64,000 nucleotides of DNA from an uncultured Thermococci archaeon (GCA_964595645.1 CAZQQT010000002.1:96001-160000); one strand, 5' to 3'; positions 1 through 10,180 are shown, counted from the stretch's first letter. Numbers and translations: made by a program. The notes: a model not told the origin generated them from the letters alone.

Positions 1-1529
1 GTTATGGAGGAGGCGGTACATATGTAGGAGAAAAATCTTATATGAATAAAGAAATTGGAGAAACATCTATAGATCGTTTATTAGGGTGGAGTGAAGACTG
101 TGAAAGAATATATCTCAATTTTTTTGGTGGGGAACCGCTCTTAAATTTTTCGTTGATACAACACTTGGTGAACTACGGAAATAAGAAGGCTGAGTTAGAG
201 GGGAAGCGCATAAAATATAGTATAACCTCCAATTGTACGCTTCTTACCGAAAAAATTATAAAATTTCTCAATGATCACAATATAAACGTCCTTGCGAGCA
301 TGGACGGACCAAAACCTATTCAGAATACAAATCGCCCTTTTAAAAATGGAGGAGGTTCTTATGACACCATCGCGTCAAATGTACAAAAACTTTTCTCAAC
401 GCGGAAAACTGTTACTGCACGGGCGACACTTACACGAGATTGCATATCCCTTAATACGATCATTAATGGATTAAGAAGTGTTGGATTCAAGTATATACAC
501 ATAGAGCCAGTAACAGCCGATAATACTTGTTCATTTGCACTTTCAGAAGAAGATTTTGAAACATTAAAAAAAGAATATGAAAATGTTGGAAAAATATTTA
601 TGGACAGTGTTTTGAGGGGCGATCCTATTGGATTTTCAAATATTCTCAGAATGATACATCGAATATACAACTCAGTTATACGGCATTATCCCTGTGGTGC
701 CGGAAAAACGACATTCTGCAAAATAATGAACGGGCTCGTGATACCGAGTTCCGGAAATCTCTATATCGATGGGTACGAGACCATAGAGGATCACAATGAG
801 ATCTCCAAACGAATGGTGACCGTGTTCGGAGGCGAACGGGAGATGTGGGGACTGTTCTCATGGAGGGTCCCGGTGGAGAAGAACCTCCGATATATCGCCG
901 AGCTCTGGAAGGTACCGTCGGACTGCGTCAACGAAAGAATCGACTACGCGCTCGATATCCTCAATCTCGAAGACAAACGCACGGAATGGTACCAGAAGCT
1001 CTCGGCGGGTATGAAACAGAAGGTACATCTCGCCTTAGCATTCATCGTCCAGCCCAAGATCATCGTGTTAGATGAGCCGACGATCCGGCTGGATGTCCCC
1101 ACAAAACGACACGTCCATAAAGTTATACAAAAGGAACTGTGCGCTACGCTCGGATCCACAGTACTCCTCACAACACACGATATGCACGAAGCAGAAACGC
1201 TCTGTGATCGGGTCGCAATTCTCAATACCACAATTGAATCCATCGACAAACCCGAGAACATTAAGGAACTCTCCAAACAGTATGAAATTATGGAATTGAA
1301 ACTGAAAGAGAGCAACACAGCCCTGAAAACTGCACTGAAACCATTTGTCATGCGGATAGAGGATCGGTACCACAATGGAAAGTGGTACATGAAAATATTT
1401 TTCGAGGACAAACACACGAACCTGCCCAGGATTTTAGAGGTAGTGAAAGATGCGGTCGATGATATTCGAATGAGAACGCCCTCGTTGGAAGACGCCTTTG
1501 TCTATTTGGTGAGAGATGATGACCATTAG
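1..1529 (+). CDS. 5'-partial chimeric ORF: SPASM-type radical SAM core fused in frame to an ABC transporter ATPase
   Basis: Frame open from window start: (C)YGGGGTYVGEKSYM, the end of a CxxxCxxC motif. Then FFGGEPLL, TSNCTLL and SMDGPK (radical SAM). After YPCGAGKTT come LSAGMKQK, VLDEPT and LTTHD (ABC). Confidence 0.8.
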   Translation, partial: YGGGGTYVGEKSYMNKEIGETSIDRLLGWSEDCERIYLNFFGGEPLLNFSLIQHLVNYGNKKAELEGKRIKYSITSNCTLLTEKIIKFLNDHNINVLASMDGPKPIQNTNRPFKNGGGSYDTIASNVQKLFSTRKTVTARATLTRDCISLNTIINGLRSVGFKYIHIEPVTADNTCSFALSEEDFETLKKEYENVGKIFMDSVLRGDPIGFSNILRMIHRIYNSVIRHYPCGAGKTTFCKIMNGLVIPSSGNLYIDGYETIEDHNEISKRMVTVFGGEREMWGLFSWRVPVEKNLRYIAELWKVPSDCVNERIDYALDILNLEDKRTEWYQKLSAGMKQKVHLALAFIVQPKIIVLDEPTIRLDVPTKRHVHKVIQKELCATLGSTVLLTTHDMHEAETLCDRVAILNTTIESIDKPENIKELSKQYEIMELKLKESNTALKTALKPFVMRIEDRYHNGKWYMKIFFEDKHTNLPRILEVVKDAVDDIRMRTPSLEDAFVYLVRDDDH

Positions 1530-2322
1530 ATCGGAGTTTCGAACGGTACGTGCCTTTCTCACCGTGGGGTTTCACGTGTTCCTCTCCCGTCGGTGGAACC
1601 TCATCTCACAGTTCCTCGGAATCGCGGTGAACGTAGCGGTGATCGGTATCTTCGCAAAACTCGTCACATTGGACGCAGATATCGCACAGTACGGCACCCC
1701 ACGGTTCCTCGAGTTCTTTGTGATCGCCATGTTCATCACGAACCTCGTGTTTATTAGTAGCGGGAGTATCTCAGGAGTTATCCGGGGTACCACCTTTGCC
1801 AATCTCTATACCTCCCCCTGTCGATTAGGTACCATTTTCATCGGAGGGAACGCGTGGAAAATTGTCTGGAGGTTTCTCACGAGCTTTTTCTTTATTTTCA
1901 TGGCGGTCATCGTGTTCGGTGCTAAAATTTATTTCAACACAGGATTCATTGTCGTGTTCATTTCCGGGTTTGTACTGATGCTTGCGCTGGATCTTTTTGC
2001 TGCGGGATTCACCATCGTGACAAAGTCCCCGCAGGATCCTATCAACTGGTTTTTAGGGCTCACATCGCAGCTCGTCTCGGGTACGTACTTCCCCATCGAG
2101 GAGCTCCCATCATGGCTCCGTCCTGTGGCCCATATTCATCCCCAGACCTACGTGAATAAATTCGCCCGGCTGACCATGGGCGGCAATGCCAGTCTTACCG
2201 ATGTCTGGCCGGAGCTCAGGGCCTTTATTCTCACGACAGTGATCATGCTCATTATTGGCTACACAATGTTCGTCTACGGATTTAACCGTGCGAGGATCTC
2301 GGGGACGTTGGGACATCAGTGA
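1516..2322 (+). CDS. ABC-2 type exporter permease
   Basis: About 6 TM helices, SGTYFPIEELPSWL motif, overlaps the ABC ATPase. Confidence 0.85.
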   Translation: MMTIRSEFRTVRAFLTVGFHVFLSRRWNLISQFLGIAVNVAVIGIFAKLVTLDADIAQYGTPRFLEFFVIAMFITNLVFISSGSISGVIRGTTFANLYTSPCRLGTIFIGGNAWKIVWRFLTSFFFIFMAVIVFGAKIYFNTGFIVVFISGFVLMLALDLFAAGFTIVTKSPQDPINWFLGLTSQLVSGTYFPIEELPSWLRPVAHIHPQTYVNKFARLTMGGNASLTDVWPELRAFILTTVIMLIIGYTMFVYGFNRARISGTLGHQ

Positions 2323-2386
2323 TGCTTCTCAGAACCGAAAAGTCTTTTAATATGAGTGGAGATAGATATATGGATGAGGTGATCTA

Positions 2387-2554
2387 ATGGACCTTCGATG
2401 TCCGGTATGTGATTTCAGCGTTGAAGTACACCGTCCACGGGAAGGTAAAGTTGTACAATGTGAGGAGTGCAAACAGGATCTGAAACTCATTAAAAACGAG
2501 GAATGGGAACTTACAATCTTTGAACGGGAGGAAGAAGAGCGACTTCTAGGATAA
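2387..2554 (+). CDS. 55-aa LysW-like zinc-ribbon protein (not in ORF track)
   Basis: MDLRCPVCDFSVEVHRPREGKVVQCEECKQDLKLIKNEEWELTIFEREEEERLLG; two CxxC pairs, acidic tail, SD GAGGTGA upstream. Confidence 0.8.
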   Translation: MDLRCPVCDFSVEVHRPREGKVVQCEECKQDLKLIKNEEWELTIFEREEEERLLG

Positions 2555-2556
2555 CA

Positions 2557-3770
2557 ATGAACTCTCAAAAATCTTTTTATATTTTTATTCCTTTTAGAAT
2601 GGCGCAGGGGTGCACGTCCATTCTTCTTCCTTTGTTGATTTTGAACCTCGGAGGGAAAGCAAAGGAAGTAGGACTTATTATTGGGATTTATACGGCAGCA
2701 TCAATGATTGGTACTGTGCTGTGGGCAAAACTGTCGGATAAGCTGAAAAAGAGAAAGATTTTTATTCTTTTTGGATTTTTAGGGACCTCATTGTCGTATT
2801 TCGCTCTTTCAGCGGCATCCTCGCTGCAGGCTGTACTCGCAATCCAAATAGTTTTTGCCCTGATTATCGCTGCAGAGGTACCTGTGTCAACAGTATACAT
2901 CCTCCGAAGCGCCACGAAACATGAGTGGGACGATGCCATAGGCAGGTTTAACCAGATAGGAGGATGGGCGTGGTTGTTGGATTATTTATGGGTATGGCAT
3001 CATTAATTTTTCTTTCCGTGAGGAATTTATTTGTTTTCAACAGTGCAATCTCCTTTATCGCCTTTATTTGGGGGCATGCGTATCTGCGGGAGAAACCTGT
3101 GGAGGTGTACAGGAAACGGCTGCCGCTGTACTTTACACAGATCCTGGAACACACAAAGTATCTTCCAAACTATCTCATCCATGTCCCAAAGGCAGCAGTA
3201 ACAAAGGTGAAGGAAGTCAATTCGTTTCTTGTCTCGGTCTACTTCATACTCGTGGCTTCGGGACTGATATTTACACCTATGGTTCCTTATCTCAAAATGC
3301 TTGGTGCTGGGGCAACACTCTGTTTTTTCGTTTCCTTTCTACATTTTACAGGCTCTGCACTATTCTATCGCCATTCAGGGAAAATTATTTCTACGAAAAG
3401 CCCTCTCAAAATCCTCAATTATGGAGCAATCAGCAGAGTAGTACTTTCTCTCCTCCTGGTACTAATAATCCTGATCAGCGTATCCCTCCCCCTCATCGTT
3501 CTTGTATATGCGATGTTTGGCGTGACGTGGTCATACATTCTGATCCCACTCGTGTCCCACATGTCGAAAATAGCGCCAGAAGACAAGGAGAGTGGAGCCT
3601 TTGGCGCTTTTAACTTTTTTTACTCCTTCGGTCTTCTCACTGGAAGTCTGCTTTCCGGTGTAATTGTGGATTATCTTGGTTACGAGATTGATCTCGTCTT
3701 TGCCGCGACACTTTTTCTCGTTGCAGTACTTAACCTGAGAAACTCCAAAGATGAGATGAAAAACGAATAG
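2557..3770 (+). pseudogene. MFS transporter split by a single-base frameshift near 2971-2973 (pseudogene or sequencing error)
   Basis: N-half has motif A-like KLSDKLKKRK; the C-half continues in another frame. Adding one G gives ...GGWAWVVGLFMG... Confidence 0.75.
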
Positions 3771-3816
3771 GTGATATACAGTAAAACTTTATATATTATC
3801 TTGACTACGCATTCTC

Positions 3817-4446
3817 ATGATGACGAGGGAGGAGTACAAACGGAAGTTTGTCCATATTTTTATGGGGTTATGGTCTCTCTACCCTCTTGTCCTCACGAAA
3901 TATCAGGCACTCTGCGTTCCCCCTCTCATGGCTGTGCTCGTGGTATTTTTTTGGAGACCCAACGGACTGTGGCCTCAGGGGTTTGAGGCAATGGCCCGGG
4001 AGGAAGATCGCCAGTATGGCATCCTCGTCGGCCCGCTGATCTATATTGTGGCGATCGAGCTCTGCGTTGTGATTTTTCCTGTGCATATTTCCGCAATGTG
4101 TATCGGCATTATGGCATTTGGAGATGGGTTCGCGACAATTATAGGGAGAAACTTCGGGAAACACAGGCATTGGATAGACAAACATAAAACGGTTGAGGGG
4201 AGTCTTGCTTTTTTCGTCGCTGCATTTTTGTACGCGTTTCTTATTCTCCAGTTCATTTCCCCTGTACAGGAGATCAGCTATATTGTAAAAATTGCTCTTA
4301 CCGGCAGTATTTCTGGAATGTTCGTGGAAATGCTTCCCTTCGAATATACGAGGCACGATCAGCGTCTCTTTTCACGGATCATCCTTGACGATAACTTTTT
4401 CGTTCCTGTTGTGTCGAGTGTGTTCATGTTTCTCGGGAGTTTATGA
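3817..4446 (+). CDS. CTP-dependent polyprenol/dolichol/phytol kinase family membrane protein
   Basis: RKFVHI, GDGFATIIGRNFGKH, KTVEGS and DDNF motifs. Confidence 0.8.
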   Translation: MMTREEYKRKFVHIFMGLWSLYPLVLTKYQALCVPPLMAVLVVFFWRPNGLWPQGFEAMAREEDRQYGILVGPLIYIVAIELCVVIFPVHISAMCIGIMAFGDGFATIIGRNFGKHRHWIDKHKTVEGSLAFFVAAFLYAFLILQFISPVQEISYIVKIALTGSISGMFVEMLPFEYTRHDQRLFSRIILDDNFFVPVVSSVFMFLGSL

Positions 4447-5508
4447 AACCTTATATAGCGCAACGAGGTATGAAAGTATTACCAGCGGAAAGGGAGAGAT
4501 ATCCACACATACCAACGTGATTGAGAGCAGAATCGCGTAGTAGGGGAGCACTTTTTTTGCATCGTTCATTTTTTCCCTGAGTGTGCCGAGTACAGCTCCG
4601 AAAAACACCATGACAGGAATACCAAGAACCCCGAATGCCAGTATTAGTGGACCGAGAATCGTGGATGTCGTGTTGTGCGCAGATCCTGTTACTATCTTCC
4701 CCACGATCGTTCCGGTAATAGGATGAAGCCAGAGATCATGTGTGTGTCCCCACAACCCGGCTTTTTCGACGAGTGTATTGAGTACAGATGTTGTATACGA
4801 GGTTCTGTACGCTATCAACTCCACAAAGTTGAGATGCCACTGTTGCGACGAGAACTGCAAAAAGGCGATATTGAGCACGAAAAGGGTGATGATCCCCACA
4901 GGAACGAGCCAGAGATACCGCGTCACTCTTTTGGTGTAGTAGAGCACTACTGCTGTAGAGATCACGAGAATGAGAAGATACGTCCGGTAGCCGTAGAAGA
5001 ACAGTACCACAAACGCTGCAATGAAGTAGGGTAGATTAAATTTCTTTGCTGTCAGAAAAGCAATACCAATATAGAGAAGTGCGTATCCACAGGCGAATAC
5101 AATTGTCAGCGCTTCTCGTTTGACATCGGGATTGAGGAGTGGAATATCTCGGATGTAGATAAAATTGAGGAGAAGCAACGTAATTCCAGCAAAATAGAAT
5201 TTTTTCGAGTATTTTTTAAAATCGAGTTGCATGAGCGCGAGGAGAACGGGAATAATGAGGAATGCGGTATATGAGTAGAGCATGAAACTGTAGTACCCGA
5301 GAACAATTGCTGTAATAAGGAGAATATACTCTCTTTTTATATATACTGTGATCCTCGTCCCGATGTAAAAGCAGAGCATTCCGTAAGCCACATAGAAAAA
5401 CAGGAGTACGTGGGGTGTGTACTCCGTGTACCCCCGTGTGATCACTCCCACAATGATGAATAGGACGTAGGCGAGTATAAAGATATTCGGATGAAAAATA
5501 TCGTCCAT
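4441..5508 (-). CDS. Wzy-like oligosaccharide repeat unit polymerase family membrane protein
   Basis: About 10 TM helices; IPLL, GYRT and T(S)TILGP motifs typical of the archaeal family. Confidence 0.6.
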   Translation of the reverse strand: MDDIFHPNIFILAYVLFIIVGVITRGYTEYTPHVLLFFYVAYGMLCFYIGTRITVYIKREYILLITAIVLGYYSFMLYSYTAFLIIPVLLALMQLDFKKYSKKFYFAGITLLLLNFIYIRDIPLLNPDVKREALTIVFACGYALLYIGIAFLTAKKFNLPYFIAAFVVLFFYGYRTYLLILVISTAVVLYYTKRVTRYLWLVPVGIITLFVLNIAFLQFSSQQWHLNFVELIAYRTSYTTSVLNTLVEKAGLWGHTHDLWLHPITGTIVGKIVTGSAHNTTSTILGPLILAFGVLGIPVMVFFGAVLGTLREKMNDAKKVLPYYAILLSITLVCVDISPFPLVILSYLVALYKVS

Positions 5509-5517
5509 ACTTCCCGT

Positions 5518-6495
5518 CTATTCCTTCATATAAATCTTTTTTCCACAGGCGGGGCACTGTCCCTCTTCTGTCTTATTTTCTAACAGGCTGAATCCCATTC
5601 TCCTGATCAGCGTCTCCCCGCATTCGGGACAGTAGGTAATATCATTCCGCATCACATTGCCAAGATAGACGTGGTGAAGCCCCATATCTGTTGCAATCTT
5701 TTCTGCCATCTCCAGGGTTTTCATGGGGGTAGGATCGTGATCCTTCATTTTGTAGTGGGGGAAGAATCGAGTGAAGTGGAGTGGGATTTCGGGACTGATC
5801 TCGTACAGTTTTTCACAGACATGCGTGATTTTTTCCTCTGTGTCATTCCACCCAGGGATAATCAGGTTAGTAGCCTCTACGTGTCTGTCATGCTCGTACA
5901 CGATTCGTACGGACTGAAACACATCGTAAAATGGTGCATGGCAGAGTTCCTCGTAAAATGCCTCATCTCCCTTCACATCGATATTGAAACCGTCCATGTA
6001 TTCCACCAGCTTTTTCAGTGGCTTTTCATTGATGTATCCGTTGGTGACCATCACCGTATAGAGATCGTGCTCCTTTGCAAGCTTTGCAGTCTCGTACATA
6101 AACTCGTACCATATTGCCGGTTCGTTGTAGGTGAAGGCAATGCCGTCTGTTTCTTTTGCCATTTCCACGATATCTTTGGGGGAGAACTCCCGGGTGAAGC
6201 TATCCTCCTGAGAGATGGTGTAGTTCTGACAGAACTCACATGCGAAGTTACATCCAATAGTTGCGATGGAGAAAACGGTGCTTCCTGGATGGAAATGGTA
6301 GAGGGGTTTCTTTTCAATAGGATCCCTTCCGAAGGAGGATACCTTTCCGTAGATCTCGGAGTAGAGTGTATTTCCCTCATTCTTCCTTCCCCTACAGAAT
6401 CCATACTCTGATTCGGGAATATAACATTTTCTGGGGCAGAGAAGACATCGCACACCTTCATCCTCTGTGGTGTAAAACTGTGCCTCTTGTAACAT
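5518..6495 (-). CDS. amrS: AmmeMemoRadiSam system radical SAM enzyme
   Basis: CLLCPRKC, DPIEKKPLYHFHPG, GCNFACEFCQN, FTYNEP, C-terminal CPECG/CPACG. Confidence 0.9.
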   Translation of the reverse strand: MLQEAQFYTTEDEGVRCLLCPRKCYIPESEYGFCRGRKNEGNTLYSEIYGKVSSFGRDPIEKKPLYHFHPGSTVFSIATIGCNFACEFCQNYTISQEDSFTREFSPKDIVEMAKETDGIAFTYNEPAIWYEFMYETAKLAKEHDLYTVMVTNGYINEKPLKKLVEYMDGFNIDVKGDEAFYEELCHAPFYDVFQSVRIVYEHDRHVEATNLIIPGWNDTEEKITHVCEKLYEISPEIPLHFTRFFPHYKMKDHDPTPMKTLEMAEKIATDMGLHHVYLGNVMRNDITYCPECGETLIRRMGFSLLENKTEEGQCPACGKKIYMKE

Positions 6496-6535
6496 TGCTA
6501 TTATTTATGCAGTATCTCTACTTAAAATTTTTGTT

Positions 6536-6937
6536 TCACAAGATTGTCAGAAGGATAGGTCTACTTCTCGGTCTCGTATCGAAGTTTACCACAACTATCT
6601 GCTGCCACCTTCCTAGTACTAGCCTGTTGTTTTCAAAGGGAACAGTGAGACTCGGGCCAACGATGCTCGCCTTGACATGGCTGGATCCATTGTCGTCGTG
6701 CCACGTTTCATGGTGAGCATAGTAGTCATCCTTCGGTGCAATCTCATCCATTATTCGGGGGAAGTCTTTCTGCAATCCCAGTTCGTACTCTATGGTGGTA
6801 ATTGCACCCGTTGACCCTTCAGAAAAGATGAGTACAGCCCCTTCGTTTCTTTCGCTTTCTTTCACGAACGTTTTCACAGCATCTGTAATGTTTTCCATCC
6901 CTCCGTGTGCTTTCACATCTACATTCAGCCTCTTCAT
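6536..6937 (-). CDS. YjbQ/UPF0047 family protein
   Basis: HHETWHDDNGSSHVKASIVGPS, LGRWQQI. Confidence 0.9.
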   Translation of the reverse strand: MKRLNVDVKAHGGMENITDAVKTFVKESERNEGAVLIFSEGSTGAITTIEYELGLQKDFPRIMDEIAPKDDYYAHHETWHDDNGSSHVKASIVGPSLTVPFENNRLVLGRWQQIVVVNFDTRPRSRPILLTIL

Positions 6938-6987
6938 TTTTTCACCCCTTACTAATGATTATTAAAGTCATGAACCTATAATAAGGT

Positions 6988-7701
6988 ATGGATACAGTAG
7001 TTGGTAGACGAGCCGTGATGGAGGTGCTGCGGGGAGGAAGAAAAGTGACGAAGATCTTCGCTGCTCACCATGCGGATCTTGGACCAATCGTAGAGATAGC
7101 TCGGAAGAAGAAGGTACCACTCGTGCAGGTAGAACGACATGTGCTCGATAGCTACGGGAAGAACCATCAGGGCGTTGTTGCCATTATCTCACCAAAAGAG
7201 TACGCAAAATTTGAGGATCTTACTTTTTTCGATCGTTCTTTCTTCATTGTCTTAGACAGAATAAAGGATCCGCGAAATCTGGGAGCAATCATCCGTTCTT
7301 GCGAATTTTTTGGTGTTGACGCCGTGATTATCCCGGCAAGGCGTTCGGCACCTCTCACCGAGACGGTATGGAAAACATCGGCCGGTGCCTTGGAGCATGT
7401 GGAGGTGGTCCGCGTGACTAACCTCTCAACCACACTAAAACGACTCAAGGAGAATAAGGTGTGGATAATCGGCGCCGATATGAAGGGAACGCCCTGTTTT
7501 GAGAAGAATTTACAGGGACCAGTGGCTCTTGTTCTCGGTGAGGAACACAGCGGTATACGGAAAATACTCCGACAACAGTGCGATCTTCTCGTGAGCATCC
7601 CGGGAAAGGGACGGATTGAGTCCCTGAATGTTTCTACGGCGGCGGGGATCCTCATGTATGAGATCCGTAGACAGCGGGCCCACTCACCGAAAACTATTTA
7701 A
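6988..7701 (+). CDS. rlmB: 23S rRNA Gm2251 2'-O-methyltransferase (SPOUT, TrmH family)
   Basis: NHQGVVA, DPRNLGAIIRS, LGEEHSG, ESLNVSTAAG. Confidence 0.85.
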   Translation: MDTVVGRRAVMEVLRGGRKVTKIFAAHHADLGPIVEIARKKKVPLVQVERHVLDSYGKNHQGVVAIISPKEYAKFEDLTFFDRSFFIVLDRIKDPRNLGAIIRSCEFFGVDAVIIPARRSAPLTETVWKTSAGALEHVEVVRVTNLSTTLKRLKENKVWIIGADMKGTPCFEKNLQGPVALVLGEEHSGIRKILRQQCDLLVSIPGKGRIESLNVSTAAGILMYEIRRQRAHSPKTI

Positions 7702-7788
7702 ATAATAATGGAGAGAAAAATGAGATATCTTCAAAGGTACAAGGAGAAACACGTTAAAAATTTGTTTTTTCCTTTTTTTATATTATTT

Positions 7789-8292
7789 TCAATTTTTTAT
7801 ATGATTTCTTATGTCTATTGACCTACAGAGTATGTCCTGCATGAGATGTTCTATTTCCTTTTTTCTCGATTTGAGACTTTTTATCTTCTTTTTTGCCTTC
7901 TCATTGGCTTTTATATATTCTTCAAAATCTTCATCTTCTTTTTTTCCAATAATCAGTTTGAAAATATCAGAGGCAGTAAAAAACTCTCCAAACTTTCTCC
8001 TTTCAATATCATACCGTAGTTTTTCAAATTCTCTGGTAAATCTATATACTTCATCGTCTATTTTGGACACTATTTTATTGTATTCCTTTTTATTTTTTAC
8101 AAACCGTAGTGACAGTGTCATATCAGGCCTGTAACTACATTCACACTCTTCTAACTCACGTATATTATGTTCAACAGCGGCGCGTATTTTTTTCGTATCT
8201 CCAGCATGTTCAATCTTTTTTCTTCGGAGATAGAGAAAAAGTACTACCACAAAAATAATCCCGATACTCCCGACATATACGTAAAATTCCAT
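7789..8292 (-). CDS. Hypothetical protein, N-terminal TM anchor plus coiled coil
   Basis: Hydrophobic N-terminus followed by RRKK and charged helical segments. Confidence 0.6.
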   Translation of the reverse strand: MEFYVYVGSIGIIFVVVLFLYLRRKKIEHAGDTKKIRAAVEHNIRELEECECSYRPDMTLSLRFVKNKKEYNKIVSKIDDEVYRFTREFEKLRYDIERRKFGEFFTASDIFKLIIGKKEDEDFEEYIKANEKAKKKIKSLKSRKKEIEHLMQDILCRSIDIRNHIKN

Positions 8293-8314
8293 ACTATTAT
8301 AGCGTGAGTAGCAA

Positions 8315-8905
8315 TTATAAATCTACCGTTGCGTTTCCCTTCGTGTGTTTTAAAAGATCGGCGACAAAGGCTTTCTTCTCTTCTTTCTTCACGGAAACTT
8401 TGAAAAAGGCACTGTCTCCCATTTTTTCCTCCACGATCGTACAATTATACTTTTCCAGTGTATCACTGACACCACCAAAGAACTCATAGGGCACAGAAAA
8501 TGAGATTTCCTCTTTACAGTATTTTTTGGTAGTACCAGCGGCCGTGATTACCTTCTCTGCAGCTTCTCTGTACGCGCGTATTAGTCCACCGATTCCGAGT
8601 TCTGTTCCACCGAAATAGCGTGTGACAACAATCACCACGTGGTGGAGGTTTTTATTCTCTATCACACTCAAAATAGGTTTCCCAGCTGTATTCAGTGGTT
8701 CACCGTCATCAGAGGAGTTAAACACTTCTTCTATCTTATATACGTATGTATTATGTGTAGCGTCGTGGAATTCTTCTCGTATATCTTTGATAAATGTTTT
8801 TGCATCCTTCTCATCTTCTACACTTCTTGTTGAAGCAATAAACTTCGATTTTTTTATACTGATCGTGGTCCTGGTAGGCGCTTTCACTGTGAGGTAGCTG
8901 TCCAT
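8315..8905 (-). CDS. YigZ/IMPACT family protein
   Basis: IKKSKFIA, DATHN, DDGEP..TAGKPIL, VTRYFGGTELGIGGLIRAY. Confidence 0.9.
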   Translation of the reverse strand: MDSYLTVKAPTRTTISIKKSKFIASTRSVEDEKDAKTFIKDIREEFHDATHNTYVYKIEEVFNSSDDGEPLNTAGKPILSVIENKNLHHVVIVVTRYFGGTELGIGGLIRAYREAAEKVITAAGTTKKYCKEEISFSVPYEFFGGVSDTLEKYNCTIVEEKMGDSAFFKVSVKKEEKKAFVADLLKHTKGNATVDL

Positions 8906-8972
8906 ATCATCAGTTGGAAGAATCGTTTAAATACCCGCAACATTTTTAAACAGTGTAGTTTATAACATAGCT

Positions 8973-9662
8973 ATGTATAAAACTACACAGCACAAGATTG
9001 CCCTCGCCGGGGTCATGGCAGCCTTCGTGGCGGTGGCGGGGTTTTTTCCCGCACTGCCGCTTTTCGGACTGGGCAAAGTTGTGACAGTAGGTGCTCTTGT
9101 CATCCCCCTCGTTGGGGTACTCCTCGGACCGATCGTTGGTGGATACGCCGCGCTTATCGGTGCACTGGTGGGAGAGAGTATCGCGCCCTACGGCGCGGTA
9201 TTTGGATTTCTCACATTCATTCCTCCCACACTCGGTGCGGTGAGCGCTGGACTTCTCTCCCAGAAAAAATGGAAGTACGCGTTCGTCCTTTTGACATCAC
9301 TTATCCTTTTGTGGTACAGTACGGAGGTGGGAAGGCAACTATACTACTTTCCGTACCTCCATGTGGTCGCACTTGCTCTGATCCTTCTTCTGAGGGAAAA
9401 GTTATCTGCACTCAGCAGCCGTCTTTTTCTCAAACTCTTGGTTATCTCGTTCTGTGCAGTGTTAACTGATCATATGGCAGGAAATCTCATATTTTTTATC
9501 GTTGCAAATCCGACAAAGGCAGCCTTTACAGCAGTTTTGATGCAATATTCCATTGAGAGAATAGCGATGGCGATTTTCGCGTCTGTTGTAGGTGTAGGAG
9601 TACTAAAAACACTTCAGGAGGTGAATATATGGACATCCAAAAAATCGGAATTCTCGTGGTAA
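8973..9662 (+). CDS. ECF transporter S component (substrate unknown)
   Basis: IALAGVMAA, GVLLGPIVGG, about 7 TM helices; leaderless, TATA about 29-30 nt upstream. Confidence 0.65.
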   Translation: MYKTTQHKIALAGVMAAFVAVAGFFPALPLFGLGKVVTVGALVIPLVGVLLGPIVGGYAALIGALVGESIAPYGAVFGFLTFIPPTLGAVSAGLLSQKKWKYAFVLLTSLILLWYSTEVGRQLYYFPYLHVVALALILLLREKLSALSSRLFLKLLVISFCAVLTDHMAGNLIFFIVANPTKAAFTAVLMQYSIERIAMAIFASVVGVGVLKTLQEVNIWTSKKSEFSW

Positions 9663-10093
9663 CGGCAGTTCTCATTGGGGCAGTGGCTTTTGTTGCACTG
9701 AATACCGAAAAACCCGTTCTCACCATTGAATATAATGGGGAGAAGGAAGAGTTCACACTAGACGATCTGAAAGAACTGGAAAAAACGACAATAACAACGT
9801 ACGATCCTCATTTGAAGAAGGAGATACAGTATGAAGGCGTGTCATTGGTCACGATAAAAGAGGTATTACGGACGGAGTGTAGCAGTGTGAAGGTAATTGC
9901 CAAGGACGGCTATAACACAGCAATTGACGCAGAAGACTTTGATATGGGGATTATTATTGCATATAAGGCGGATGGAGAACATATCTCCCAAGGAAAGGGA
10001 GGTCCAATAAAACTCTCTTTTTCGGAAGAAGCTAAGAAAATCTACGATGAGAATAACTGGGTATGGTGGATCACGAGACTCATATTCCAATGA
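9629..10093 (+). CDS. Membrane-anchored molybdopterin-oxidoreductase-like domain protein
   Basis: N-terminal TM, FTLDDLKEL, YEGVSL, AKDGY, IAYKADG, GGPIKL, WVWWITRL. Confidence 0.65.
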   Translation: MDIQKIGILVVTAVLIGAVAFVALNTEKPVLTIEYNGEKEEFTLDDLKELEKTTITTYDPHLKKEIQYEGVSLVTIKEVLRTECSSVKVIAKDGYNTAIDAEDFDMGIIIAYKADGEHISQGKGGPIKLSFSEEAKKIYDENNWVWWITRLIFQ

Positions 10094-10180
10094 ACATTTT
10101 AACTTCAAAGTTGATAAGGATACTACCTGAAATATTCAGTTAAAGAAAGATTTATAAAGTCTTAATATAGAGAGGTATAC

